Source: Enterococcus phage Sw5. From it: a DNA stretch of 24,000 bases. The DNA lies in sequence record ON286976.1. One strand, written 5' to 3'. Below are positions 1 through 7,778 of the stretch, piece by piece (positions within the stretch are counted from its first letter, which is position 1; every line of letters starts with the position of its first letter). The notes beneath the pieces were generated by a model. That model did not search any database, was not told the DNA's origin, and saw nothing but the letters and a program-made list of their open reading frames with translations. Position numbers and translations under genes: made by a program.

Positions 1-218
1 ATAAATTCCATTGAGTACTTGTCAGTAATTACTGTCTTATCAATGTATCCTTCTCGAATTAGATAACTAATTTTCTCCTCTAAAGAGTAGAAAAATACTG
101 TGTTCTTGTTTACATGTTCTAAAAAGAATGCTCTAACAGCTTCTTTATCTTTGTCTAACTGAATCTTTCCGTTATTAGGGATATTCAATTGGTTATTAAG
201 CTCAATATATGTGTTCAT
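1..218 (-). CDS. nrdE: Ribonucleotide reductase alpha subunit (class Ib NrdE-like), N-terminal part, truncated by the window edge
   Basis: Not in the ORF track. The minus strand from 218 reads MNTYIELNNQLNIPNNGKIQLDKDKEAVRAFFLEHVNKNTVFFYSLEEKISYLIREGYIDKTVITDKYSMEF, typical of NrdE N-termini. It lies directly downstream of a glutaredoxin/NrdH-like gene. Confidence 0.8.
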   Translation of the reverse strand, partial: MNTYIELNNQLNIPNNGKIQLDKDKEAVRAFFLEHVNKNTVFFYSLEEKISYLIREGYIDKTVITDKYSMEF

Positions 219-220
219 AT

Positions 221-463
221 CTACACCCCAAGTTCTTTTTCTAGTTTTTTAACCAAATCAGGTCTAACACCATTAAATGAGAAACCATCATCAGCTTCTA
301 CATATGGTAATGAAGACACTCCTTTTTCTTTTAGATAAGCTAAAGCTTGCTCATCATGAGAGATATTTTTCTCATCAAATGGGATATTCTTTCCATTTAA
401 CATATTTTTTAAAAATAAACATTGACCACACATATCTTTTGAATATACTGTTACTTTTGTCAT
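221..463 (-). CDS. Glutaredoxin/NrdH-like redox protein
   Basis: 80 aa with an N-terminal CGQC (CxxC) active site after a beta strand (KVTVYSKDMCGQC) and a cis-Pro-like SSLPYVEAD segment. Adjacent to nrdE. Confidence 0.85.
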   Translation of the reverse strand: MTKVTVYSKDMCGQCLFLKNMLNGKNIPFDEKNISHDEQALAYLKEKGVSSLPYVEADDGFSFNGVRPDLVKKLEKELGV

Positions 464-590
464 TTACTACATTCTCCTAACTTTTTTATCGTATTTATTA
501 ATTATACACTATTTTGCATTAATTGTCAAAAATAAAGAACCAAAAAAAACTAGAGACTACAAAAATTAATTGTAGCCCCTTTTCAATAAG

Positions 591-857
591 TTACACCTTG
601 TCACCTAAGAAATCTTCTGATTCCTGCGATTTATTCGTAACCTTATCAAGTAGTAAAACAGAATAGTTTTTACCAGTTTCAACCTGCAACCTATTAAACA
701 CTTTCTGATATTCTTCTGGTGTGTCTGTAACTTCTAATAAGTATTTTGCATTTAAAAATGATAGTAATTCGAGTAGTTCTGCCTTATTACCTGCCATTTG
801 AATTACAACTTTACCTTCATCGTTCGTGTATGTTCCAATTTTATTTCTAGTAGCCAA
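591..857 (-). CDS. Hypothetical protein (88 aa)
   Basis: Intact ORF in a tightly packed minus-strand operon. Confidence 0.6.
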   Translation of the reverse strand: MATRNKIGTYTNDEGKVVIQMAGNKAELLELLSFLNAKYLLEVTDTPEEYQKVFNRLQVETGKNYSVLLLDKVTNKSQESEDFLGDKV

Positions 858-862
858 ACAAA

Positions 863-1168
863 TCAGTCCTTCGTAAATTTAATGTATTTGTTAACTGTAT
901 ACACATTTTTAACTTTTTCCCAAACGTTAGGGTATACGTTCATCAATAACTTAGTATCTGCGCTAGCACGTTTGTACTCTGGCATTAATTTAAATGTGCC
1001 CCCATCAATACTAATTTTAGATTCCCCTAACTCTTCCATATCAGAAATGATACTACTTTTTAGCTCATCAATCTCTTCTTTAATACTTTTTTGCAATTCA
1101 TATAATTTCTTGTAAGAGCGTAAGTCCTTCTCTAGTAGCTCCTTTTTTTGTAAATCTGTCGTTTTCAT
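863..1168 (-). CDS. Hypothetical coiled-coil-like protein
   Basis: The tracked ORF starts at 1216, but an RBS (GGGAGAG) precedes the internal ATG at 1168 (MKTTDLQKKELLEKDLRSY...) and the promoter lies upstream at 1202-1230. Confidence 0.6.
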   Translation of the reverse strand: MKTTDLQKKELLEKDLRSYKKLYELQKSIKEEIDELKSSIISDMEELGESKISIDGGTFKLMPEYKRASADTKLLMNVYPNVWEKVKNVYTVNKYIKFTKD

Positions 1169-1201
1169 ACATATCTCTCCCTCTCTTATTTCTATAATAA
1201 G

Positions 1202-1230
1202 ATTATAGCATGCCATATATGTAAAGTCAA
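1202..1230 (-). promoter_or_regulatory. Sigma70/SigA-type promoter, TTGACT-17 nt-TATAAT
   Basis: Minus strand reads TTGACTttacatatatggcatgcTATAAT, upstream of the ORF starting at 1168. Confidence 0.8.
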
Positions 1231-1258
1231 CACTTTTTTATACAAAAAGAATTGCCCA

Positions 1259-1489
1259 TTATAAAGGCAATTCTTGTCCGTTGTCTTCTTCAAAAAGAAT
1301 CTCTACAGGTATATTATATAATTTAGCAAGTTTTACTCTGTTTTTAACACGAGGTTCTTTTATACCGTTTTCCCAATAAGAGATTGATGACCAGTGAACT
1401 CCTATCATATTGGCTAACTCTCGTAGAGATTCACCCCTAGCCTCTCTCACTCTTTTAAGGACTTTAGGTTTTGGTACCTTTTCTTCCAT
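1259..1489 (-). CDS. XRE-family helix-turn-helix regulator
   Basis: 76 aa with SLRELANMIGVHWSSISYWENGIKEPRVKNRVKLAKLYNI, a canonical Cro/C1-type HTH. Confidence 0.85.
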   Translation of the reverse strand: MEEKVPKPKVLKRVREARGESLRELANMIGVHWSSISYWENGIKEPRVKNRVKLAKLYNIPVEILFEEDNGQELPL

Positions 1490-1552
1490 GACTATCCCTC
1501 CTTATTCTTAAAAAATAAGAGCCTATCAGGTAGACAGGCTCAGCATCAGGAA

Positions 1553-1777
1553 CTATGCGAAAGCCCCGATATAAGTTACTTTACCATTACATTTACGTGC
1601 AAAAGCCTCTAACTCTTTACGAGCACCTAAACGGTCAGGTTGCGAAGATTGAACAGTAATTTCTTTAGGTACCGTTACTTCACGTGTACGAATTTCAGTT
1701 TTACCATTTTTTAATTTCTTCTCATACTCCTCTGTACGAGTTGTTGTCGTAGAAATGATTCCATAAAATTTTTTCAT
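1553..1777 (-). CDS. Hypothetical protein (74 aa)
   Basis: Intact ORF with an RBS-like sequence upstream (AGGAGCT). Confidence 0.55.
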   Translation of the reverse strand: MKKFYGIISTTTTRTEEYEKKLKNGKTEIRTREVTVPKEITVQSSQPDRLGARKELEAFARKCNGKVTYIGAFA

Positions 1778-1887
1778 ATTAATAGCTCCTTACTGTTTTT
1801 TTTAATAAATTATAATAGTGGTAATAGGGTTTTATGAGACTCCTACTCATTGTAAGCCTTCCTTAATAGATACTTACAACTATACGT

Positions 1888-2172
1888 TTATAGACCTCTC
1901 TCAAAAAGTCTCCGTAACGTCTTACCTTCATCATTTAAAACGTACACAGAATTTACAAAAGTTTTATACCCTTCTTTTTCAGTTCTGTACTCGTAAGGTG
2001 AATTTGGCACACGAGTGATTTCTTCATGTTTAGAGTTAAGTAATGAAAAAACATTCTCTTGCTCTAAAAGAAACTGTACCCCATCAATTAATTCAATAAA
2101 AGGCTTAACAATAGGTTCCTCTGTACTGTCTTTACAATCGTATTTTCGTTCTCCTAAAATTTGTAGTATCAT
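1888..2172 (-). CDS. Hypothetical protein (94 aa)
   Basis: Intact ORF; GAGGAG RBS upstream on the minus strand. Confidence 0.55.
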   Translation of the reverse strand: MILQILGERKYDCKDSTEEPIVKPFIELIDGVQFLLEQENVFSLLNSKHEEITRVPNSPYEYRTEKEGYKTFVNSVYVLNDEGKTLRRLFERGL

Positions 2173-2223
2173 GTCTATCTATCTCCTCTGTTTAAGTATT
2201 AATTTGTGAGTTTCCACTCACAA

Positions 2224-2295
2224 TGCTGATTGAGAGAGTCGAACTCCCATTCCCGGGTTACAAAACCGGAGTAATAGCCATTATACTAAATCAGC
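2224..2295 (-). tRNA. tRNA-Thr (anticodon TGT)
   Basis: GCTGATT/AATCAGC acceptor, T-arm GGGAGTTCGACTCTC, anticodon loop TTTGTAA. Confidence 0.85.
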
Positions 2296-2320
2296 GTAAC
2301 CCCTCAATAGAGGGAGTTTC

Positions 2321-3412
2321 TTATACTAAATTACCATATCCGTAGGTATTTGTTTTAGCTTGTTTAAACATGATACTCTTGATAGCTAAGTCATTGTACT
2401 TTTCATCGTCTTCGTCATCAAGGTACACATCAACATTAACGTTCTTACCTAAAATATCGATTGTTTCATCTTTACCTACTTGTAAGTCTTTACTGTTAAA
2501 TGATACATCAAAATAGATGTCGTCTTCTTTTGTACGACTACCGAATGATACTCTATCTTCAAATAAATTTAAACTTCGAGAGTTAATTACAACAGGTTGT
2601 AGCCCACCTTCAAATTGAATAGTAACTGTATAATACTGATTTTCAATATTAAGAATGTTCAAATCAGCAATAGCTTCACCAAATGAGATGCCAAAGCTTA
2701 ATTCCAACGCAATTGCTCGTAAGCAATCATAGTTTAACTTAATTCTACGGCTAAACTTAACAACACTGTCAATTTCCCCATAGTAAGCTTTGTCTAACTT
2801 ATCTTGCAAGTAAGTACGAATTTCGTCTGCATCAGGGTAGTCGAAACGTAAATGGTAATGGAAACGTCCCGGACGATTAAGCATAAAGTCGTTTACACGA
2901 TTTAAGTTATTAACAGTAAGTGCATAAATACGCTTGCGTTGTGATAACCCATCGAATAAGCTCAATAGTTTTTCTTGTGATTCACGACCGTCACGGTCAT
3001 TGAATACTTTTTCAAATTCATCGAACAAGATAAGAGACTCTTGGTCAATACTGTCAATAAATTCTGCGATACCCGGATAAGCTTCTGTAATTAAGATAAC
3101 AGGCATACCCTCTTCAATAGCTCGTTGAGATAAGATTTGAGTAAATAGTGATTTACCAATCCCTTTATCCCCACTTAAAATAACCCCTAAACTACGATTG
3201 ATTGTTTTAAATGTGTGTAGTACTTTCTCAATTTTAACTAAACGGTCACCATAAACTTTAGATTCTTTCAATTTAAAATCGTCTGTAACCGCCAATGAGA
3301 ACCCAGACATTGGGTTGAATCTAACTTTATAAGTTTGCGCAGGCAACTTATCATAAGTTTTCAGGTCGTTTGCATAAATCTCATAATTACTACCATAATT
3401 GATTACTTTCAT
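2321..3412 (-). CDS. AAA+ family ATPase
   Basis: Walker A GDKGIGKS, Walker B LILFDEFEK, sensor-like TVNN and downstream GRFHYHLRF. Confidence 0.85.
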   Translation of the reverse strand: MKVINYGSNYEIYANDLKTYDKLPAQTYKVRFNPMSGFSLAVTDDFKLKESKVYGDRLVKIEKVLHTFKTINRSLGVILSGDKGIGKSLFTQILSQRAIEEGMPVILITEAYPGIAEFIDSIDQESLILFDEFEKVFNDRDGRESQEKLLSLFDGLSQRKRIYALTVNNLNRVNDFMLNRPGRFHYHLRFDYPDADEIRTYLQDKLDKAYYGEIDSVVKFSRRIKLNYDCLRAIALELSFGISFGEAIADLNILNIENQYYTVTIQFEGGLQPVVINSRSLNLFEDRVSFGSRTKEDDIYFDVSFNSKDLQVGKDETIDILGKNVNVDVYLDDEDDEKYNDLAIKSIMFKQAKTNTYGYGNLV

Positions 3413-3448
3413 ATACTCTCTCCTTAATACTTTTTAATAAATTATAAA

Positions 3449-3530
3449 TGGAGAGTGATGGAGTCGCACCACCCGAGCCTAAGCAACAGATTTACAGTCT
3501 GCTCCGCTACTACTTACGGAATAACTCTCC
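3449..3530 (-). tRNA. tRNA-Tyr (anticodon GTA), long variable arm
   Basis: GGAGAGT...ACTCTCC acceptor, loop CTGTAAA, extended variable region. Confidence 0.9.
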
Positions 3531-3782
3531 TTGAATAACCAACCAGATAGGTACCTGACACACGGACAGCACCTGTGTCTCTCTGTTACTGGATGATTAA
3601 TTGTGTATTTCGCATCACCTAATATAGTTATCAAGGTAGGACTTGACTATACTAGATTTAGCTAGGTTCTAACTATAATTTCCTATGATAGCTCCTACTA
3701 CTAATCATATTTATATACAGTTAAACTACACATAACTAAACCGATTACCTTGGTTCGCATGTTAAGAGGCGCAGGCAACCAA

Positions 3783-3856
3783 TGGACATTGCAGGTCTCG
3801 AACCTGCGACCGTTCGGTTATGAGCCGAATGCTCTGACCAACTGAGCTAAACGTCC
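3783..3856 (-). tRNA. tRNA with CAT anticodon (elongator Met, or Ile2 if the C is lysidinylated)
   Basis: GGACGTT/AATGTCC acceptor, loop CTCATAA, T-arm GCAGGTTCGAGACCTGC. Confidence 0.9.
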
Positions 3857-3914
3857 GTAGGGTAGTAGCAACAATTACAAATGCTACTCTCCTGATGATT
3901 ATAAACTTATCAAA

Positions 3915-3988
3915 TCGGAAAGACAGGACTTGAACCTGCGACATCAGACTCCCAAAGCCTGCACTCTACCAAGCTGAGCTACTTTCCG
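3915..3988 (-). tRNA. tRNA-Pro (anticodon TGG)
   Basis: CGGAAAG/CTTTCCG acceptor, loop TTTGGGA, T-arm GCAGGTTCAAGTCCTGT. Confidence 0.9.
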
Positions 3989-4130
3989 TGTTACCTGTTT
4001 AATTTGGTCTTTTAAACTACTACACACAGGTAAAGATAAACCCTCTGCCAAGGGGAGACTATCATCGAACCGTATGTAAGTTGCGATGGGTAGTAGCCAT
4101 ATTATATTAGGTTATTAGGAAGTTCACCTA

Positions 4131-4215
4131 TGCAGAAGGTGGGAGTCGAACCCACATGTCCATTACAGACCGATGTTTCTAAGACACCGTTGTCTACCAG
4201 TTCCATCACTTCTGC
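4131..4215 (-). tRNA. tRNA-Leu (anticodon TAG), long variable arm
   Basis: GCAGAAG/CTTCTGC acceptor, anticodon arm GGTGT-CTTAGAA-ACATC, T-arm GTGGGTTCGACTCCCAC. Confidence 0.9.
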
Positions 4216-4368
4216 GGTTGTACTACCAAGGTTACCTCTAAAAGGCTAAACTCGTGTCTGGTAGGGAGCCATACCTTACATGGATTGCAAGGAACCTAAC
4301 CTCAGTAGTACCTTTTACTATTAAGGGTTTCTGATTTAACGTTTTCCCTAGACCGTACCTTAACAGTA

Positions 4369-4465
4369 ATACTGGTGAGAGGATTTGAACCCCCCTTACC
4401 TACGAGCCTCCGACAAGCGCTATGGGAAACAAGCGGTGCATTAACCATAACTATGCTAACCAGTA
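4369..4465 (-). tRNA. Atypical tRNA or decayed tRNA-like gene, isotype not assignable
   Basis: 7-bp acceptor TACTGGT/ACCAGTA, D-stem GCAT/ATGC and T-arm GGGGGTTCAAATCCTCT. The anticodon arm does not form a normal 5-bp/7-nt hairpin (CGCT...10 nt...AGCG). Confidence 0.5.
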
Positions 4466-4937
4466 CACTACTGTTTTACGCAGTCCTCATACTAATAATT
4501 CATGTGGACTCAACCCCATTCAGGGAAGTGTTAGTCTATTTTTTGGTGAGAACTGGTTAACTCCATGTACGTCAAACATTCCCTAGACTACTCACTTACA
4601 TTGTTATTTAATGTCACATGACTTATGACAGCCGTACTCAAAAGTTTCAAGGACTTTTACCTCACTATCCACCGACAGTATGCTCGGCAACGTCTTTCTA
4701 ATAATAAATTACCCATCACTGTTACAGTAACAGAACCATTGAATTAACGAGCAATATCAGTATTACTAAAAGTAGTCTGTCTGTGTGGTACAAGCACTAG
4801 CAGTATTACAACCTATAGTATGTCTGTTTGTCAATCGTTAAATTCTTTTACAGGAGTACTTGTTAAACTTAGGGAGGTATAACAAGTATGTGCACATAAC
4901 CCGAGTGCTACTCCCTAAAGTAGCCTATACGGGTTAA

Positions 4938-5011
4938 CGTAGATGGAGGGAATCGAACCCCCAACCGTCCGCTTAGAAGGCGGATGCTCTATCCGATTGA
5001 GCTACACCTAC
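4938..5011 (-). tRNA. tRNA-Arg (anticodon TCT)
   Basis: GTAGGTG/CATCTAC acceptor, CCGC-CTTCTAA-GCGG anticodon arm, T-arm TTGGGGGTTCGATTCCCTC. Confidence 0.9.
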
Positions 5012-5094
5012 AAATTATGGGGGTAATGAGCCCCCATAATAACTCATAGTAGTTTCATCTATCGAGGATTAAAATGAATATCTAACTTGAATAA

Positions 5095-5123
5095 AGTATA
5101 ACACTATTTACATAGCATGTCAA
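5095..5123 (-). promoter_or_regulatory. Strong sigma70/SigA-type promoter, TTGACA-17 nt-TATACT, reading into the tRNA cluster
   Basis: Minus strand TTGACAtgctatgtaaatagtgtTATACT, about 80 nt upstream of tRNA-Arg. Confidence 0.85.
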
Positions 5124-5141
5124 CACTTTTATTAAAATAAA

Positions 5142-5236
5142 TTTCTATACCTCACTAATGCCAATGACTATACGTAAGGAGAGAACGTTGATGGCACTGG
5201 CTACTTAGTTGGCGCTAAGTTAGTGAGGTATAGAAA
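5142..5236. repeat. Inverted repeat with 17-bp perfect arms; 95-nt structured element
   Basis: TTTCTATACCTCACTAA (5142-5158) pairs with TTAGTGAGGTATAGAAA (5220-5236). Confidence 0.85.
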
Positions 5237-5496
5237 GAGAACTACATTGACCGAATCGTATTATACAGCCTTAGTAGTTGTTAACAATGTTTGGAACTTA
5301 GTAGCTTACTGCAATAAGCTACCCCGAAGCATCGGGGTGGGACTGTGGTAAGCCCCAAACCCTTGGGTATGCTCCATCCTGCCTCCGGAGAAGTCAGGCT
5401 CAATTCTCATTAGTTAAAGGTTTACTAGTTAACGGTTAGCTGATTAGTCATACTACGTAAACTACTAGTAAAATATAGTTTTCCAATTAAGGCTAA

Positions 5497-5568
5497 CAAT
5501 CGGTAGAGGATTTGAACCCCTATTATTGGTTTTGGAGACCAACGTGTTACCAGTTACACTAACCGACT
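5497..5568 (-). tRNA. tRNA-Trp (anticodon CCA)
   Basis: AGTCGGT/ACCGATT acceptor, TTGGT-CTCCAAA-ACCAA anticodon arm, T-arm AGGGGTTCAAATCCTCT. Confidence 0.9.
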
Positions 5569-5822
5569 ATGTAAAGAAGGAAAGCGAAGACCTTCTTTAC
5601 AGTAATTAAAAAAACAAACAAAAAAAAATACAATCATGGAATCAAGGTGGGATGTAAGGAGATGCCATGTGTCCACTTATAGTGGAATAGGTAACTACAG
5701 ATTTGCACTGTTTTACATCTTGTTTAATGGTTACCTGTTAATAGCTAACTTCCAGTGATAAGTCCTCTTATATGTTAGTTCATGTAGTATTTGTTTGACA
5801 ATATGGTAGCTAGCTAAAATGA

Positions 5823-5895
5823 CGACAGTAACGGGACTCGAACCCGTGTGTTCCACGCTGACAACGTGTTGGGACAACCTCTGCCCTATACTGCC
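5823..5895 (-). tRNA. tRNA-Asp (anticodon GTC)
   Basis: GGCAGTA/TACTGTC acceptor, CACG-TTGTCAG-CGTG anticodon arm, T-arm ACGGGTTCGAGTCCCGT. Confidence 0.85.
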
Positions 5896-5897
5896 AT

Positions 5898-5985
5898 TAT
5901 TTATGCCGTAGTTTTTTTAGAAAGGAAAGTTTTTTTTATAATATACAACAACAGTTGAAGCGCTGATGTTACTACGGCATAAATA
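5898..5985. repeat. Inverted repeat with 15-bp perfect arms; 88-nt element abutting tRNA-Asp
   Basis: TATTTATGCCGTAGT (5898-5912) and ACTACGGCATAAATA (5971-5985). Confidence 0.85.
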
Positions 5986-6716
5986 TATTTTTTATGAGCT
6001 TTTAATAACTCAAAACTTAATATAATAGGGCTTTTACTCCTGCTTCATGCACACTCACTGCATTCGGTCACATACCCAGAGAGGCTGAACTATCGGGAGC
6101 TACCCAATAGCTTCTCTCTGCTTTTAATGTATGGTCTAGCACGGTGGCTAACAACGTTCACCTAAACATTCAGCATTAAATAGTATTGTTATAAGTTTTT
6201 CTTATATCATATATTTTGTAAGCTGACTTAGGCTACTTGTACCAAGGTCTCTTGTTAAACCCATATTTCTATGGTTCTCGTCAAAGGGAGTCTTTTGAGG
6301 TTTCTAAGGTCTGCCAAGTTTCTCACGCTTCCACCTAACTTAGATTCTTTTCCACAGGAACGTCTATTGTATCCCCCAAGAGTCTTGTACCTTACAATCC
6401 ATGTACACTCCACATAACGCTTAACTGATACTAGCTTTTACTAGTAGTTACTCTTATGTCACCATAAGACATACCTGCTACCTAAAACACTATCGCACTC
6501 TAGGCTACATTCAGAATTACGCCACGTTATCCTAGCAAGCTGTTCAAACTTTCTGCACTAGGTTCTATTATATTAAGTTTTCAATTATCAAAAGCAGTTT
6601 TTCTTTACTATTTAATAATAGCACAACCTCTATTATTTTGTCAACTACTTTTTTTAGAGAGGGTGCCCCTAATTTTATATAGGGGCAAGAGATATTAAAC
6701 ATAGCTGAGCTATGTA

Positions 6717-6769
6717 AAAGCTAATGTAGGAATTGAACCTACTTAATGTAAGCAACACCAGTTTAGCTT
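6717..6769 (-). ncRNA. Short tRNA-like element (~52 nt), possibly a truncated tRNA
   Basis: 7-bp closing helix AAGCTAA/TTAGCTT and a canonical T-arm GTAGG-TTCAATT-CCTAC. No room for a normal D-arm plus anticodon arm. Confidence 0.4.
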
Positions 6770-6797
6770 ATAAGCATTGTCTGCAAAGTCCATGCTA

Positions 6798-6851
6798 TGC
6801 ACTCAGTAGGAATCGAACCTATTGCCGAAGGTACCAAACTACCCTGAGTGC
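6798..6851 (-). ncRNA. Short tRNA-like element (54 nt) with acceptor, D-arm-like and T-arm but no anticodon arm
   Basis: GCACTCA/TGAGTGC 7-bp acceptor, GGTA-GTTTGG-TACC D-arm-like hairpin, TAGG-TTCGATT-CCTA T-arm, then A. Confidence 0.5.
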
Positions 6852-6863
6852 TCCTATAGATAT

Positions 6864-6872
6864 ATTATACCA
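6864..6872 (-). promoter_or_regulatory. Extended -10 promoter (TGGTATAAT) reading into the tRNA region
   Basis: Minus strand TATGTGGTATAATATATC immediately upstream of the 54-nt tRNA-like element. Confidence 0.55.
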
Positions 6873-7034
6873 CATAACGAGATATTAATTTTTTTTGGTG
6901 ATATAGTATATCTATATTTTTTTTAATTTTAGAAATACCTTTGATACATTCCGGTTATCCAACGTATGAGTATATAATATCATGTTATTCTGATTGTGTC
7001 AATAACTTTTTTACATTTTTTTTTATAATTGTGT

Positions 7035-7163
7035 AATGTCCTATTTCTTTTTTTCTGATTCCTTATATTTATTATTTATAATATATAGTACTATATATAT
7101 ATTAATTACTATTAGATATTATATATAGATAATAAGAATCTAGGAAATTTAAAATAGGACATT
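7035..7163. repeat. AT-rich long imperfect palindrome, copy 1
   Basis: Arms AATGTCCTATTT/AAATAGGACATT with further partial complementarity inside (GATTCCTTAT...ATAAGAATC). Confidence 0.85.
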
Positions 7164-7211
7164 ATGATACTGACTCAGTTACAATCAACTTATGGTGGCT
7201 ACCTTTTTACA

Positions 7212-7341
7212 AAAATGTCCTATTTCATTTTTTCTCTCTCCTTATATTATTATTTATAATATATAGTATTAAGTATTATATATTATTATATATATATAGT
7301 ATATAATATAAGAAAGACAAAAATTTAAAATAGGACATTTT
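7212..7341. repeat. AT-rich long imperfect palindrome, copy 2
   Basis: Arms AAAATGTCCTATTT/AAATAGGACATTTT. Internal CCTTATATTATTATTTATAATATATAGTA resembles copy 1. Confidence 0.85.
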
Positions 7342-7349
7342 ACTTAAAC

Positions 7350-7377
7350 AAAAAAAAAGAGAGCAGTTAAGCCCTCT
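7350..7377 (-). terminator. Rho-independent terminator for the minus-strand genes 7377-8418
   Basis: Minus strand AGAGGGC-TTAACT-GCTCTCT-TTTTTTT. Confidence 0.85.
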
Positions 7378-7715
7378 TATCTTAATGAGAAATAGTTATT
7401 AATTGTTCCCAATCTGACTTCCTCATCTTCTGGTGTTTCATCCTCTGGTTTCGTATACAAGCTAGTGATTCTTTCTGGAACATCTACTACGTTCTCTATA
7501 GCTGTCTGTATCTGGAATGCATTTACATAAGTTAACTCAGAATCTCTATCAGCTAGTTTATGAGCTGGAATCATTGGCAACTCTGCACCTTTCATTGCAC
7601 CATTTACAATTGACATCGCATCATTAGTTGTTACACCGAGTCTTCTAGGGAACACAGAATATGTCCCAGATGTTAATGAAACCTCTACAACTTTCTCTCT
7701 TTTAGGGTAATTCAT
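7377..7715 (-). CDS. Hypothetical protein (112 aa)
   Basis: Intact ORF with a GAAAGGAGAAG RBS and a downstream terminator. Confidence 0.65.
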   Translation of the reverse strand: MNYPKREKVVEVSLTSGTYSVFPRRLGVTTNDAMSIVNGAMKGAELPMIPAHKLADRDSELTYVNAFQIQTAIENVVDVPERITSLYTKPEDETPEDEEVRLGTINNYFSLR

Positions 7716-7778
7716 GATACTTCTCCTTTCAAAATATGTTATAATAATACTATATACTATAATAACACATTTTACAAA

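Noticed and set aside
3762-3944. 60-aa plus-strand ORF
   Set aside because: Antisense read-through of the CAT-anticodon tRNA gene; the open frame is coincidental.
4375-4560. 61-aa plus-strand ORF
   Set aside because: Covers the tRNA-like element in antisense and has no RBS.
5380-5460. Possible further tRNA gene near the CTCCGGAG and AGTTAACGGTTAGC segments
   Set aside because: No acceptor pairing and no GTTC-type T-loop could be built.
7035-7341. Possible CRISPR array
   Set aside because: Only two copies, palindromic arms, no uniform spacers and no cas genes; better described as tandem inverted-repeat elements.
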